DNA of 64,000 nt from Balanoglossus misakiensis. Its lineage: Eukaryota; Animalia; Hemichordata. Below the pieces are notes generated by a model. That model made no database searches. It was not told the DNA's origin and saw only the letters and a program-made list of their open reading frames with translations. Both the position numbers and the translations under genes were made by a program. The stretch is taken from the NCBI GenBank assembly GCA_040954595.2, contig CM082585.2:2138902-2202901 (forward strand), written 5' to 3'. Positions 61,403-64,000 of this stretch are shown piece by piece; within the stretch, counting starts at the first letter, position 1, and the number at the start of each line of letters is the position of its first letter.

Positions 61403-63137
61403 TGTGATGAAGGGGTGGCACCCTTTTCACAGATCACGCAAATCTTATTTTTATCTACATATTAATTCTGTAGTTTATTGCAAAATGTCCTAATAGCTAT
61501 CGAACTGGAACGTAAAACGCTGCTTACGGTGCTAAGAAAATAGCCAATATGTATTTAGTAATAAAACTGAGATGTAGTTCACAGACTTGTTTTATTTTCA
61601 GTAGTATTGAGCTACAAAATGAGCCAAATTTGATATTGTTAATGTTTACCAAAACAAGTTTTAGAAGTAAGACATAGTTCAAGGGCTTTTTACAGCACTA
61701 TTTTGCTATTGGCATGAAAATTTTGAAAATACTACTTTAAAATAGACAATACTTCAACTGATATGGCTTTATTTACGACAGTATTTAACTGTGAAATGAG
61801 TTCAACTGAATATCGTTTTAATACCCCAAAAAACAAGTGTTGATTAAAACGTACTTCAGAGTTTATGCACAGACTTATATCGATGAGAATTTTAGTACAA
61901 TGGTAAATATCTCAGACATTGATTGTGCTACGAAAGAATAAACAACTCTTAACGAAAAAGTTACCAGAATCATATGCATATGATTCTGGTAACTCACGGC
62001 CCCTCGGGTGTAATAAACGGCTGCTATGGCCCTCATGGCCAGGCAATAGGTGTTCACTATTTGGTATAGCCTAGTATACTATATTTTTGTAAACCATAGA
62101 AAACATGAGTGTGGTGATGAGTTGGGTGGCGGTCCAAGGTGAGGGGAGGTATATTATGCTAAGTCCAAACCAGAGAGATATTTGTGGTTGATTTGTTAGT
62201 GTCAAAATTCAACTAAGTATATTTATAAAAATAAGATAGCGCTGTAGTATATATGACAACTGATACAAATGTAGGTAACTGATATGTTTACCCATAAACC
62301 GTCTAATATTTAAGATTCCCAATATGTGGAGAGGCCCTAAAATTTGACCTCATTTTTGAGCAGTTAGGTCCCCATAGAAGTTAAAAAAAAAGAAATTGGA
62401 AGAAATCCTTTACAAATACACATGTCACACTATGAACAAATATCTCCAGGGCTGCTAAAACTAAAGTGACCCCCCCCCCCCCTGCAAGAAAATGTGATGG
62501 AGGGGTCCAACAAATTGATTTCCATCATTTTGGGGATGTTTATTCATCATTGAAACCAAAACAGCAAACAAAACAAATAACTATTAGCAAAAACTCCTAC
62601 GAGAATACACGGTATAGGTGAACAAATACTGTTAAGATTGTCGGAATGTAAGTGCCCCCCCCCCCCACAAATGTAATAGAGGGGCCCTAAAATTTGCATG
62701 TGATCTTTTGTGACCAGGTGTCAAAACAGCAAAAAAAAAATTCTTTAGCAGAAAATTCTACGAAAATGGAGTAGATAGGTGAATAAATATCTTCGGGGAG
62801 GCCAAAACAGGAGTGACGACCCCCCCCCCCCCCGAAAAAATATGATGGAGGGGCCCTAAAAATTGCACCCCATCATTTTCGGGTAGTTGGGTCCCCATAG
62901 AAGCCAAAACAGCAAAAAAATCAATTTTAGCACAAAAATCCTACGGGAATACACATCATACCACAAAACGGAAGTACCCCCCCCCCCCCCGAGAAAAATA
63001 TGATGGAGGGGCCCTTAAAATTGCACCCCATCATTTTCGGGTAGTTGGGTCCCAATAGAAGCCAAAACAGCAAAAAAATCAATTTTAGCACAACAATCCT
63101 ACGGGAGCTGTTTTTCATGACATACCATACCGCACTA

Positions 63138-64000
63138 ACTGCAAAATCTCAAAATTTGGTCGATTTTTGAAAAAAATCATGGTGAAAATCATCAAAAAAT
63201 GACAAATTTTTGATTTTGCAAAATCTCAAAATTTCGTCGATTTTGAAAAAAATTATGGGTTCGTCGATTTTTGAAAAAAACATGGGTGAATTTTCGACTT
63301 TGCAAAATCTCAAAATTTCATCGATTTTGAAAAAAATCATGGGTTCGTTGATTTTTTAAAAAAACATGGGTGAATTTTCGACTTTGCAAAATCTCAAAAT
63401 TTCGTCGATTTGGAAAAAAAATCATGGGTTCGTTGATTTTTAAAAAAAAACATGGGTGAAAATCATCAAAAAATGAAAAATTTTCGACTTTGCAAAACCT
63501 CAAAATTTCGTCGATTTTGAAAAAAATCATGGGTTCGTCGATTTTTGTAAAAAAATCATGGGTGAAAATCATCAAAAAATGACAAATTTTCGATTTTCCA
63601 AATCTCAAAAGTTCGCCGATTTTGAAAAAAAATCATGGGTTCGTCGATTGTTTAAAAAAAACATGGGTGAAAATCAACAAAATGACAAATTTTCGACTGC
63701 AAAATCTCAAAATTTCGTCGATTTTTGAAAAAAAAATCATTGGCTGTAGCTCATGAAAATCATCAACAAATGTCAAATTTTCAACTTTGCGAAATCTCAA
63801 AATATCGTCGATTTTTGAAAAAAAACCATGGGTTCGTCGATTTTTGAAAAAAAACATGGGTGAAAATCATCAAAAAATGACAAATTTTCGACTTTGCAAA
63901 ATGTCAAAATTTCGTCGATTTTGAAAAAAATTATGGGTTCGTCGATTTTTGAAAAAAATCATGGGTGAAAATCTTCAAAAAATGACAAATTTTCGACTGC
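63138..64000 (-). repeat. Inverted-orientation satellite continuing to the window end
   Basis: Reverse-complement monomers, moderately degenerate, many with the extra 26-bp subunit. Confidence 0.96.

Larger units (their letters stand above)
59985..63137. mobile_element. Non-autonomous long-TIR DNA transposon, Academ (AcademX)-like, 3153 bp
   Basis: Ends are TAGTGTGGTATG and CATACCGCACTA. ACT flanks both sides (59982-59984, 63138-63140), and removal restores the TTTTCGACTGCAAAATCTC variant seen nearby. TIRs run several hundred bp. An internal Cys8 fragment is present. The superfamily is assigned from recalled Academ hallmarks (TAG..CTA, 3-4 bp TSD, Cys8 finger). Confidence 0.75.

Noticed and set aside
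59985-63137. CACTA (EnSpm) or hAT assignment
   Set aside because: The element begins TAGTG and ends CACTA, the reverse of CACTA termini, and there is no 8-bp TSD as hAT would require.
7631-63857. Many ORFs of the type MGENHQKMTNFRLCKISKFRRFLKKI and their alternative frames
   Set aside because: They are translations of the 78-bp (26-codon) satellite, constantly broken by homopolymer length changes.

Overview
Eukaryotic, probably invertebrate-animal, repeat-only region with no host gene. A 78-bp AT-rich tandem satellite fills about 60% of the window and reverses orientation at a palindrome centred on 59054/59055. Four mobile elements sit in or abut it. (1) The 3' part of an autonomous-type Helentron (1-7541): PIF1 helicase plus AP endonuclease ORF, a decayed second endonuclease copy, and a 4-exon RPA70-like gene that the ORF track splits into pieces. 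(2) A head-to-tail triplet of an Ngaro-type tyrosine-recombinase retrotransposon (10087-25999, minus strand) with split direct repeats and a single fused Gag-RT-RNaseH ORF. Its recombinase ORF appears to be expressed by splicing as an in-frame Gag-N/YR fusion. (3) A non-autonomous Helentron-associated element (HINE/DINE-1-like, 29278-30772) sharing its 3' terminus and satellite target position with the Helentron. (4) A non-autonomous long-TIR element resembling Academ (59985-63137; TAG..CTA ends, ACT TSD, Cys8 remnant). All calls come from reading the sequence by eye; no database search or alignment was run.
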